From the NCBI GenBank assembly GCA_964016885.1, contig OZ024742.1, positions 367,102,001 to 367,166,000 of the forward strand: DNA of 64,000 bases, written 5' to 3'. Below, piece by piece: positions 1-11,744 of this stretch (the first letter of the stretch is position 1; each line of letters starts with the position of its first letter). The stretch comes from Eledone cirrhosa (taxonomy: Eukaryota). Both the position numbers and the translations under genes were made by a program. The notes below the pieces were generated by a model, which made no database searches, was not told the origin of the DNA, and worked only from the letters and a program-made list of their open reading frames with translations.

Positions 1-290
1 TATATATATATATATATATACAGGCATATATATATATATATATATATACAGGCATATATATATATATATATATACAGGCATATATATATATATATATATA
101 TATACAGGCATATATATATATATATATACAGGCATATATATATATATATATATACAGGCATATATATATATATATATATATACAGGCATATATATATATA
201 TATATATATACAGGCATATATATATATATATATATATATACAGGCATATATATATATATATATACAGGCATATATATATATATATATACA

Positions 291-341
<51 letters not shown>

Positions 342-420
342 GCATATATATATATATATATATACAGGCATATATATATATATATATACAGGCATATATA
401 TATATATATATATATATACA

Positions 421-459
<39 letters not shown>

Positions 460-562
460 GCATATATATATATATATATACAGGCATATATATATATATA
501 TATATATACAGGCATATATATATATATATATATATATACAGGCATATATATATATATATATA
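1..562. repeat. Compound minisatellite: CAGGCA separated by variable (TA)n
   Basis: Repeated TATACAGGCATATA with variable TA spacers; truncated by window start. Confidence 0.95.
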
Positions 563-752
563 TAGGAAAAAGTATGACCCCGACGGCAGAGCTCAAGCCG
601 TTTAGACGGCTTGAGCTCTGCCGTCGGGGTCATACCTTTTTCCTATTACTCACTCTACTGCCCTAAGTATTGAGTACTCTGGTGCGTAAGGAACCAGGTG
701 GACCATAACGCAGCAGAGTACTCGATACTTAGGGTAGTAGAGTGGATAATAT
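563..752. mobile_element. Fold-back family A, copy 1 (two consecutive palindromes)
   Basis: TAGGAAAAAGTATGACCCCGACGGCAGAGCTCAAGCCGT followed by its reverse complement, then a second inversion around GAGTACTC; starts in a TA tract. Confidence 0.85.
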
Positions 753-1038
753 ATACATATACAACAGAAACAAAAACAAAATGGTGTAGGACAGAACAAA
801 GGTGAGGCAAAACAAAGAAAATAATCCCCAGTCACTGAAGAGGTCACAGAATGTGTGACGAAAGAACTGTGACAATATATGAACAACCGTCCGGTTGTGA
901 AACCAATCAACGAACCAACCGGAAATTTATAAATTCTTAAATTTATAAATTTAATTTATAATAAATTGGAGTGAAAGCAACTGGTGCGTGTGTTTCTTAT
1001 TGGCAACATGACCCTCCCGAAGTATAACAATATATATT

Positions 1039-1152
<114 letters not shown>

Positions 1153-1261
1153 ATATATGTATGTATATGTGTATGTAAAAGTTAAACAGAAATGACATCA
1201 CAAACTCTACAGTATATGGAAGGAATATATTAGGTTCACGCTTCACATAGCAGGAAGAGGG

Positions 1262-1296
1262 TCTAAACGTTTCGGACGCTAGTCTTTCATCAGAAG
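1262..1296 (-). ncRNA. Minimal hammerhead-like motif (weak stem I)
   Basis: Minus strand CTGATGA-AA-GAC TAGC GTC-C-GAAAC GTTTA; palindromic AAACGTTT in stem III. Confidence 0.5.
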
Positions 1297-1479
1297 AAAG
1301 AATGAGAAATTAGATAGATTGAAGGGACGGGTTGGACGTAGTTGGAAAAATGTCTTTAGATAAAAATAACAGGTTCATTGACGTTGCCATCTCTTGAAAA
1401 ACTGTTGGTGCTGGCGTTTTATTCTGCATTCTCTAAAATAATATTTGACATGATCGTATTGTGAGCTGGTGTCGATACA

Positions 1480-1610
1480 GTTGGATTTCTCTCTTAAATC
1501 TAATACCACGTGATATATACTTTCTTGTGGTTGTCATGCCACCGCCACCCGATGGCAGACACGCGAACAAATAATATTTCATATATATACATGTGTGAGT
1601 GTATATGTGA

Positions 1611-1650
<40 letters not shown>

Positions 1651-2058
1651 AAGCAACAGATTAAAGTTTAAGCAAATAATCGCTGCTTACTCCCTTAATG
1701 GGATCTTCTGAAACTTTTTTTTTGTTTCAAAAGATCCTGTTAAGGGTGAAAGCAGCGATTGTTTGCTTAAACTTTAATCTGTTATTTTAATAAATATTTG
1801 CTATACGGTTCTTATATATTTGATATATATTTATCCTTATCGAGCCCTCTTTGGGATTTAATCTTCGCATTTATTAGTGAATTGGCAGTATCAGTAGAGG
1901 GTCGGACGCCATGCTTTCCAGCATAGTTACGTCCCTTTACGATCTGAGTTCAAATCCCGCCAAGGTTAACTTTGCCTTTCATCCTTACGGGGTCGATAAA
2001 ATAAAGTACCAGTAATGCACTGGGTATTTGCTGGCCTTGTGCCTAAAGTAGAAACAAT

Positions 2059-2101
<43 letters not shown>

Positions 2102-2255
2102 TAACAGATTAAAGTTTAAGCTAAGAATCCTCACACATGTATATATATGAAATATTATTTGTTCGCGTGTCTGCCTTCGGGTGGCGGTGGCATGACAACC
2201 ACGAGAAAGTATATATCACGTGGTATTAGATTTAAGAGAGAAATCCAACTGTTTC
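1480..2255. repeat. Inverted repeat pair ~1480-1598 / ~2130-2250 with nested palindrome ~1650-1790 and a SINE inside
   Basis: GTTGGATTTCTCTCTTAAATCTAATACCACGTG... recurs as its reverse complement; ACAGATTAAAGTTTAAGCAAA.. / ..TTTGCTTAAACTTTAATCTGT. Confidence 0.85.
1882..2060 (+). mobile_element. tRNA-derived SINE, family S1
   Basis: A box TGGCAGTATCAG, B box GAGTTCAAATCC, central GCCTTTCATCCTTACGGGGTCGATAAAATAAAGTACC, tail GAAACAATTATTA; six near-identical copies in window. Confidence 0.9.
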
Positions 2256-2640
2256 GCGAGGTTTTTGATATGAAATAGTGTATCGAAACAAATATTGTTA
2301 TACCTGGGGAGGGTCATATTGTTGTAATATTTTTTCCAGAATTAATAACAGAACACACTCACTGTTTGGTTGGTTTTCGCTTCTGTATCTTTTATATCTC
2401 CACAGTTAATTCATTTGGTCCTCAATGTTTATCATTGACTAACCAACGGTCAAAAATACAGATATAATATAGATATAAACATATATATATGTAGTCTAAC
2501 AAAGGTCTTTCGTTGCACTGCAACATCATCAGTGGTACTATTATGTTCCTCCTGTTGTATTGTATGTCTACACCATTTTTATTTTATATGTTTATTTATT
2601 TATTTTTTGTCTTCTTCTCTGTAGACACCTGTCTTACAGG
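2250..2640. mobile_element. Dispersed repeat family B (pLTR-like) with minus-strand hammerhead-like core at 2505-2535
   Basis: Matches 57172-57835 and ~985-1035; minus strand CTGATGA T GTTGCA G TGCAAC GAAA. Confidence 0.75.
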
Positions 2641-2859
2641 CATTGTTAGTTTAAGTGATAAACTAGGATTGGCATTCCAAATTTGAATTTGTTTACAGTA
2701 TTCTTTCTGTCTTTGTTAATATCTTTAAAGAATTAGCTTTTAATGAACTCCCTTTTCTTTAAATCCTTCAACCAATGACCTCCACCCATCCCAATCCCCA
2801 CTCTCTCCTACCACCAGAAAAGAAAATATATAAATACCACCACTTACTTGGACAGGCAG

Positions 2860-2920
2860 CTTCCTGATGATTTCTCACGAATGAGACAGTTCTAGTCTTG
2901 TAGAAGGTCTTCTGTATTAA
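2860..2920 (+). mobile_element. Family C fragment with degenerate hammerhead core
   Basis: CTGATGATTTCTCACGAATGAGACAGTTCTAG, same as 4635 onward; GAAA mutated to GAGA. Confidence 0.6.
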
Positions 2921-2952
2921 AAAAAAAAAAATATATATATATGTGTGTGTGC

Positions 2953-3035
<83 letters not shown>

Positions 3036-3215
3036 GAGGGATAAATAAATAAATATGTATATACACATACATAGATATATACATATAAACACGTGGAATA
3101 TATAGGTAGTCTATTTAAACGAACGTATAATTTTCAGATGAGCTAATTCAATCTTATATACAGTTTCTGAAATTCTATATAGTAGTCAATAGCTCGACGC
3201 TAAACAAATATGTTG

Positions 3216-3363
<148 letters not shown>

Positions 3364-3404
3364 CATAGTAAGTCGTCGCACGTTTTACTAACTCACACAC
3401 ACGC

Positions 3405-3437
<33 letters not shown>

Positions 3438-3758
3438 ATATTGTATAAATAGAATTCGTAATATATTGATTTCTGGTGGTAGCAATATGATCATTCGACC
3501 AAAAGATAAGACTAAATGTTGTTCTATTCACAGATAAAATAGAAATAAATAACATAAAAGATGGAAGAAAAATAATAGGAAAAATTGTGTATAAATTTAT
3601 ATTTGGTAGAAACACAAATATAGAACACATACGTTTGTAGGTATATCACTTCAATCTATCATCACATGGTTTATCACTATGTATATCTACATAGTATATC
3701 TACATATCTATTTGTATATTTTGCTGACCAGAGGACGATGAATGTTGCCCCCCCCCCC

Positions 3759-3840
<82 letters not shown>

Positions 3841-3844
<4 letters not shown>

Positions 3845-4010
3845 AACAACTATGACCCCGACGGCAGAGCTCAAGCCGTTTCGACGGCTATTTCTGGACT
3901 ACAGCTCTGCCGTCGGGGTCATACTTGTTCCTATTACCCACTCTACTACCCTAAGTATTGAGTACTTTGGTACCTTATGGCCCATCTGGTTCCTTACCAC
4001 AATTCCTTCG

Positions 4011-4012
<2 letters not shown>
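3841..4012. mobile_element. Fold-back family A, copy 2
   Basis: Short inverted arm starting TAGGAAC, long arm ending CCTTCGT; TA tracts on both sides. Confidence 0.9.
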
Positions 4013-4072
<60 letters not shown>

Positions 4073-4219
4073 AGATAAATCTACCAAAATATACTGTAGT
4101 GTCTAATCCGTATGAAGAACTCAATGTAATCCAAATATCATGAAAAGAGAAGATGTATTCAACATTTTTTCGATGAAAACCACAGGAAAACAGAGTCAAG
4201 ATAAATTAATAAAAATAAT

Positions 4220-4507
4220 GAATAAAAACAAAGAAACAGTTCCTTACATTAAAAAATTCATCATTTTACGATCGTTTCTAGGATATATATGTGTGTGTTG
4301 GTATGTATATCATGTAGATCTATGTAAATATTTTACAAACTATCAGAGGGAATATATATGTGTAGGTATGTATATTCCCTCTGATAGTTTGTAAATTTTT
4401 TAAATAGATCTATATGATATACATACCAACACACACATATATATCCTAGAAACGATCGTAAAATGATGATTTTTTTTAATGTAAGGAACTGTTTCTTTGT
4501 TTTTATT
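4220..4507. repeat. ~290 bp palindrome containing a hammerhead-like 3' half (GAAAC GATC GTA)
   Basis: AATAAAAACAAAGAAACAGTTCCTTACATT... mirrored about ~4365. Confidence 0.9.
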
Positions 4508-4567
4508 CCGGGTTGAATCATAGGTAACCACAGTAAGTAAGGTACTCAATACATAGCAGAGTATAAG

Positions 4568-4695
4568 AGTTTTAATATAGAAGAGCTTCTACATGCCTAG
4601 AACTGTTTCATTCGTGAGAAATCATCAGGGAGCCCTGATGATTTCTCACGAATGAAACAGTTCTAGTGTTGTAGAAGCTCTTCTATATTAAAACT
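4568..4695. mobile_element. Family C palindrome: two divergent hammerhead-like cores
   Basis: TCATCAG (4622-4628) GGAGCC CTGATGA (4635-4641) TTTCTCACGAAT GAAAC on both strands; related pieces at ~38905-38995 and ~51265-51360. Confidence 0.75.
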
Positions 4696-4712
4696 ATATA
4701 TATATATATTTA

Positions 4713-5412
4713 TAAATTGGTTATCAATAGAATTTGTAGCCGCAATATAGTAAATTCTAATCGAATTGTTTGAGACAAACACAAAGCACTCAATGGAGCG
4801 AGAAGTTAATACATTATCGTTCAGAGTAAAAACAAAGTTTAAAAGTGTGACACCAAGAAAAGTGACCGAAGGCAGTGGCTATACTTATATCACAACCACG
4901 ATAAATACAAATAGTTTGAAGGCTCATTTGGACCATCTCAATTTGATTAGAATCGATAGAAATTGATAAAAATCTTCGATAGGTTTCTGGGAACCCTGAA
5001 AGCTACACCAAACGTTGAATAATGCACATGCAACTCGTGTGCATTTCCACCCTAGAACTGGAATTCCCGTCTTCGGCAGGTTTCGCTTTCTTGTATCCAA
5101 AGCTCGGTCTGTTGATTCAAGCTTTTTACCTATAGTAGTAATTCTGTCTGTGTCGTCACGCGACATTTCTCAAAAGAGGAAGGTCAGGTTGGCAGAACTT
5201 TTATTTTCGGGTGTGCCAACAAAGAGATTCTCACAGTCTCAAAAAAAAAAGCTTTCAACTAACGCGTTATCGATCGTATACATGAAGCTAGGACAATTAT
5301 AATATTGGGTATGAATCGAAGTTGTAAACACAATATAGCAGGTACTAATCGAATTATTTTGAGGCAGTCACAAAGCACTCAATGGAGCGAGAAATTAATA
5401 CATTATTGCTTA
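4713..5412. repeat. Diverged ~100 bp direct repeats flanking ~480 bp unique sequence
   Basis: CTAATCGAATT..CACAAAGCACTCAATGGAGCGAGAA.TTAATACATTAT at ~4757-4817 and ~5346-5407. Confidence 0.7.
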
Positions 5413-5596
5413 AAGATTATATATATATATATAATCTGCCTTTCATAGGTTATAGATTCCATACAGTGGTGGTTATTTCCCTGTTTTATTGATAGCGCAC
5501 TGTATATCTCTCTCTGGTGTGTTACCTTTACAACATATTGTATTTTAAAGAGCTCAGGATTTCTTCTCCTTTGAGCACATTATTTACAGGGAATTG

Positions 5597-5716
5597 CGAT
5601 CTGAGTTCAAATCCCGCCGAGGTTGACTTTGCCTTTCATCCTTACGGGGTCGATAAAATAAAGTACCAGTGATGCAGTGGGTATTTGCTGGCCTTGTGCC
5701 TAAAGTAGAAACAATT
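5597..5716 (+). mobile_element. 5'-truncated SINE S1 with ~20 bp target-site duplication
   Basis: B box onward; flanked by ATTATTT(T)ACAGGGAATTGCGA at 5578-5599 and 5714-5735. Confidence 0.9.
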
Positions 5717-5794
5717 ATTTACAGGGAATTGCGAGGGCCTATGGCTCCGTTAATTCATCGTGGTATATATGTGAGAAAAACCACAGACCCTCCA

Positions 5795-6931
<1,137 letters not shown>

Positions 6932-6964
6932 GTATATATATATGTATGTATATATATATATGTG

Positions 6965-7005
<41 letters not shown>

Positions 7006-7149
7006 AAGAACAGACAGCCGGTGTCTAAGCTTTAGGTGTATTTTAAAGATGATGCCAACATCATTTACGGAATGCTGATGGAATATTTTCCACATCATAA
7101 AGTAATTTAGTGCTTACGGCGGTGTTAGAGAGAATAGAGTTTGGACTCT

Positions 7150-7310
7150 TCTAGTCGACCCCAACAGTAATGGTCTGCCAGGCCGTCTCTCTTTTTTGTG
7201 ATTGACCTTTGATGCGTTTCAAATTTCCTGATATTTCATGTGGGGAGACCACAGTTGACAACAGTATTGAATTAGTGGAAAGAAGGATAATGGGGTGTAT
7301 ATCTTTCAAC
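7150..7310 (-). pseudogene. Degenerate CR1/L2-like LINE RT C-terminal fragment
   Basis: Frameshifted ..VVSPHEI / IRKFETHQRSITKK..GLADHYCWGRL resembles the WSP..I..LE.VQR..TK...Y..RL motif. Confidence 0.4.
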
Positions 7311-7437
7311 TGGAAAGTTCTGAGAATCCAGGAACACATCGTGTGAGCCATGTCAACTATGTTGTTTATATGAGTGGCCCAACTTATGTGGTTATTTGGT
7401 TATGTATATATATATATAGAGATAGATAGATAGATAA

Positions 7438-7635
7438 TAGGAAAATAGTCAGAACCCCGACGGCAGGGCACAAGCCGTTTCGACAATTATTTCTGGACAG
7501 AACTAGCTGTCGAATCGGCTTGAGCTCTGCCGTCGGGGTTCTGACACTGTTCCTATTACCCACTCTACTACCCAAAGCATCGAGTACTCTGGTGCGTTAT
7601 GGTCCACCTGCTTCCTTACCACACTTCCTTCCTTA
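7438..7635. mobile_element. Fold-back family A, copy 3
   Basis: Same arms and tail as other copies; more diverged. Confidence 0.85.
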
Positions 7636-7644
7636 TATAGATAG

Positions 7645-7720
<76 letters not shown>

Positions 7721-7986
7721 CTGTTGGGTCATCTAAAGTAGGTCCTATATATTGCTTGTTTGTGGTTTTATCCTGATAAAGATATTTTCATTCTGCTGGT
7801 TTGAGATATATTCCGTCTATAACTTCAGTGTGATACGTGTTGTCAGCTGTAAACTGTGCACCAATATATACGGCGTTGGTGGAAATAGAAAATTGAATTA
7901 TTTAAAGAATTATTTACTCAGATAATAAATATTCCACAATCTCCGGTGCTTTCTTTCCTTCTTTCTTTTCGTGTTTTTTCTCTCCA

Positions 7987-8082
<96 letters not shown>

Positions 8083-8229
8083 TCTCTCCCCTCTCTCTCT
8101 CTCTGATTCTCTACATGTATGTGTTACATAATATTTATTCCAGACACATCACACTCTGAGATCACGAATTCACAGTCAAAATCATAACAAATTTCAATTT
8201 CCGTTCTGAAGATTTAAACACCATTCCAG

Positions 8230-9220
8230 AATAAATATAATACATGCAGTTATATAAATATAAATATGATATATAGAGGTATATAAATATAAATATAATA
8301 TATACAATGATGAAAATATAAATATAATATATACAGATATATAAATATAAATATTATATATATAGATATATAAATATAAATATAATATATACAGATATAC
8401 AAACATAAATATAATGTATATAGATATATAAATATAAATATAATATATACATATATATAAATATAAATATAATATATACAGATATATAAATATAAATATA
8501 TACAGATATATAAATATAATTGTTTCTACTTTTGGCACAAGGCCAGCAATTACCCAGTGTTACAGTGATATAAATATAAATATAACATATACAGATATAT
8601 AAATATAAATATGATATATAGAGGTATATAAATATAAATATGATATATACAGTTATATAAATATAAATAAAATATGTACAGTGATATAAATATAAATATA
8701 ATAAATACAGATATATAAACATAATATAATATATACAGATATATAACTATAATATAATATATACAGATATATAAATATAATATAAGATATACAGATATAT
8801 AAATATAAATATAATATATACATGTATATAAATATAATATATACAAATATATAAATATAATATATATAGTTATATAAATATAAATATAATATATACAAAT
8901 ATATAAATATAATATTTACAGTGATATAAATATAAATATAAATATATACATATATATAAATATAATAAAATATATACAAATATATAAATATAATATAAGA
9001 TATACAGATATATAAATATAATATATACAGATATATAAATATAATATAATATATACAGATATATAAATATAATAAAATATATACAGAGCTATAAATATAA
9101 TATATACAGATATATAAATATAATACATACAGATATATAAATATAATATATACAGATATATAAATATAATATATATATTGATATAAATATAAATATATAC
9201 ATTGATATAAATATAAATAT
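8230..9220. repeat. AT-rich ~25-30 bp degenerate minisatellite
   Basis: Units like ATAAATATAAATATAATATATACAGATAT. Confidence 0.9.
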
Positions 9221-9424
9221 AGAAGTAAAAGGTAGATATTGGTATATTTATAAATATATAGTTCATAATGGAATATGACAGAATCTGCTGAAATAATGGA
9301 ATATATTTAAATATTACAGAATTAGAAGTATTTCCATACCACAGTAAATCACACATCAATGTCCAGTGCTGTAGCTTAAGTCTTGGTTAGCTATAATTTC
9401 CTGAACTGCATATATATCAGAATG

Positions 9425-9593
9425 GAGGCGGTAAAAACCAGTTAGACCATTACTCACCAGAGTACTGGATACTTGGGGTAGTAGAGTGGGTAATATGAAC
9501 AAATTCAGGACACCGACGGCTGAGCACCGGCCGCCGTTTCAACAGCTAGATCTTTGAAACGGCCGGAGCTCTGTCGTCGGTGTCCTGAATTTG

Positions 9594-9600
<7 letters not shown>
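9425..9600. mobile_element. Fold-back family A, divergent copy 4
   Basis: GGGTAGTAGAGTGGGTAATATGAACAAATTCAGGACACCGACGG ... CGTCGGTGTCCTGAATTTGTTCATAT. Confidence 0.8.
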
Positions 9601-9657
<57 letters not shown>

Positions 9658-9660
<3 letters not shown>

Positions 9661-9981
9661 CTTCAAAATATTAATAAATATAGACATTCATGTGATCAAA
9701 TATATTTTATTATACATATTTCAGAGGTACTGAGCTATTTCATCAGTACGTCCTCATCAGATAAATAAATTGATGTCTGACCTACCTCAACTGTGCTGAT
9801 GGTTCAATTCCAATCTTGACTGCCAAGACTAGAATTGAACCATCAGCACAGTTGAGGTAGGTCAGACATCAATTTATTTATCTGATGAGGACGTACTGAT
9901 GAAATAGCTCAGTACCTCTGAAATATGTATAATAAAATATATTTGATCACATGAATGTCTATATTTATTAATATTTTGAAG

Positions 9982-9984
<3 letters not shown>
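9658..9984. repeat. Near-perfect ~325 bp palindrome in (TA)n with degenerate hammerhead cores
   Basis: Arms ~9658-9810 and ~9832-9984; CTGATGA GGACGTACTGAT GAAA at 9882-9904 and mirrored on minus strand. Confidence 0.9.
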
Positions 9985-10049
<65 letters not shown>

Positions 10050-10227
10050 ATATATATATATATATAATAATAATAAAGTTTCAGAAGATCCCGTTATGTG
10101 AGTACCTCTTTCGTATCTACATTTTCTGCCTGTAGAGGTGTCTTTATGTGCCTGCGTATATGCGTATATTTATTGAGTACCTATTTATTTGTATGTGTAT
10201 ATATTTTTTTGTATGTGTGTATATGTA

Positions 10228-10262
<35 letters not shown>

Positions 10263-10382
10263 TGGTAAACGGAATAGAAAATGCTGACAAATTGTTCACA
10301 GTTGAAAAATGGTTTAATTAGGAATAAAAGAGTATTAGTGATTGTATGGGTTAGTATTCAGTTGTGGTTTTAAGTTTTTAAG

Positions 10383-10420
10383 TTTTTACCGGTTGCGCAT
10401 TTCTAAATGCTTTTCAAAAA
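10383..10420 (-). ncRNA. U3-A8 hammerhead-like motif with GCAA instead of GAAA
   Basis: Minus: TTT TTGAAAA GCATTT AG AAATGC GCAA CCG GTA AAAA. Confidence 0.45.
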
Positions 10421-10481
10421 TAATTTTGAGATAGAGTGTCCGTGCTGTTTGCTCTGATCTGATTAGTTTTGGGAATTCTAC

Positions 10482-10718
10482 CTGTTTTTATGTTAAAAAA
10501 ATGGCTCCAGCGTTATTTTTGTGTTGTAAAAATGCTTGTGGTCAAAACAATTTTGATTGGTCGGTAGAGGTCATGTGAATGTAAAAAGTTGATTTTGCGC
10601 CAAGACTGTTTTTATGTTAAAATGTTAGAAAAGTGGCTCCAGCAAAAATTATGGTCAAAACAATTTTGATTGGTCGGTAGAGGTCATGTGGATAAAAAAT
10701 TGGTTTTGCGCCAAGATT
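10482..10718. repeat. ~120 bp tandem duplication carrying CCAAT, E-box-like and E2F-like motifs
   Basis: TGGTCAAAACAATTTTGATTGGTCGGTAGAGGTCATGTG..TTTTGCGCCAAGA occurs twice. Confidence 0.8.
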
Positions 10719-10741
10719 GAGAAATGACTCTTTCACAACAA

Positions 10742-10787
<46 letters not shown>

Positions 10788-11399
10788 GTGTAGTAGTAGT
10801 AGTAAGGTGTTCGATGCTGCGACAATAGCCACCAGCGATGTGTGTCAAATGGCTATTAAGATAAGTGTGTGTGTGTGTGTGTGCGTACATACACACAGCA
10901 GAGTCATTCGAAGGTCAAAAGATATTTTTCAGCTTTTGTCTTATACGGAGAAGTGCGTGTGTGTGTGTGTGTGTATAAGTCTCTTTGTATGTTGATGTAC
11001 GCGTGTGTATGTGTTTGTGTATATATGTGTGTGTGTGTGTGTGTGCGTGTGTGGGTGGACCAGTATTTTTTTCCCCCCCTGGTAAAATGGTGTACATTAT
11101 TCGATTTTTTCAGTAAAATCGGTTCTCTTAATAGAACTTCAACAATCTTAACAATAAAAGGTGTGAAATGATATTCACTATATACATACACACACACATA
11201 TATATATATATTTTCACTACATATATATATATATATATATACATATATACATACATATATATGCACATATATTTTTTTGTATTGCACCATAGAGCATGTG
11301 TGTTTACGTGTGTCATTGTGTTTATATGTGGGTAGAGATGTGTGCTGATGTAGGTATGTATGTTGACGTGTGTATGTTGTGGGTTCGTCTTAGGGAGAA

Positions 11400-11625
11400 G
11401 TGTTTAGACGGGGTCCGTATTTGTTAATGAAGATTCCTTGCTGATGCGCTGGGTGTGGGTGGCATTATCTTTAAATTTGTAGAGGGGAAAGATTCTGAAG
11501 TTGGGATGATTTTGGGCGGCGCAGGTATCAATGTGTTCACTCAGTGGTATTTTCCTGTATTCCCGTATTTTAATTTGGGATCTATGGACAGTCATGATAC
11601 GTCATTCAACTGGTACCCAACTACC
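11400..11625 (-). pseudogene. Penelope-like GIY-YIG endonuclease C-terminal fragment
   Basis: MTVHRSQIKIREYRKIPLSEHIDTC..F.IFPLYK..R..KE pattern typical of PLE endonucleases. Confidence 0.65.
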
Positions 11626-11673
11626 TATTTTCTTTCTCTCTATCTCTATCTATATCTATCTCTCTCTATTTTT

Positions 11674-11705
<32 letters not shown>

Positions 11706-11744
11706 CTATCTATCTCCCTCTGTTTTTTTTCTCTCAGTTATAAA

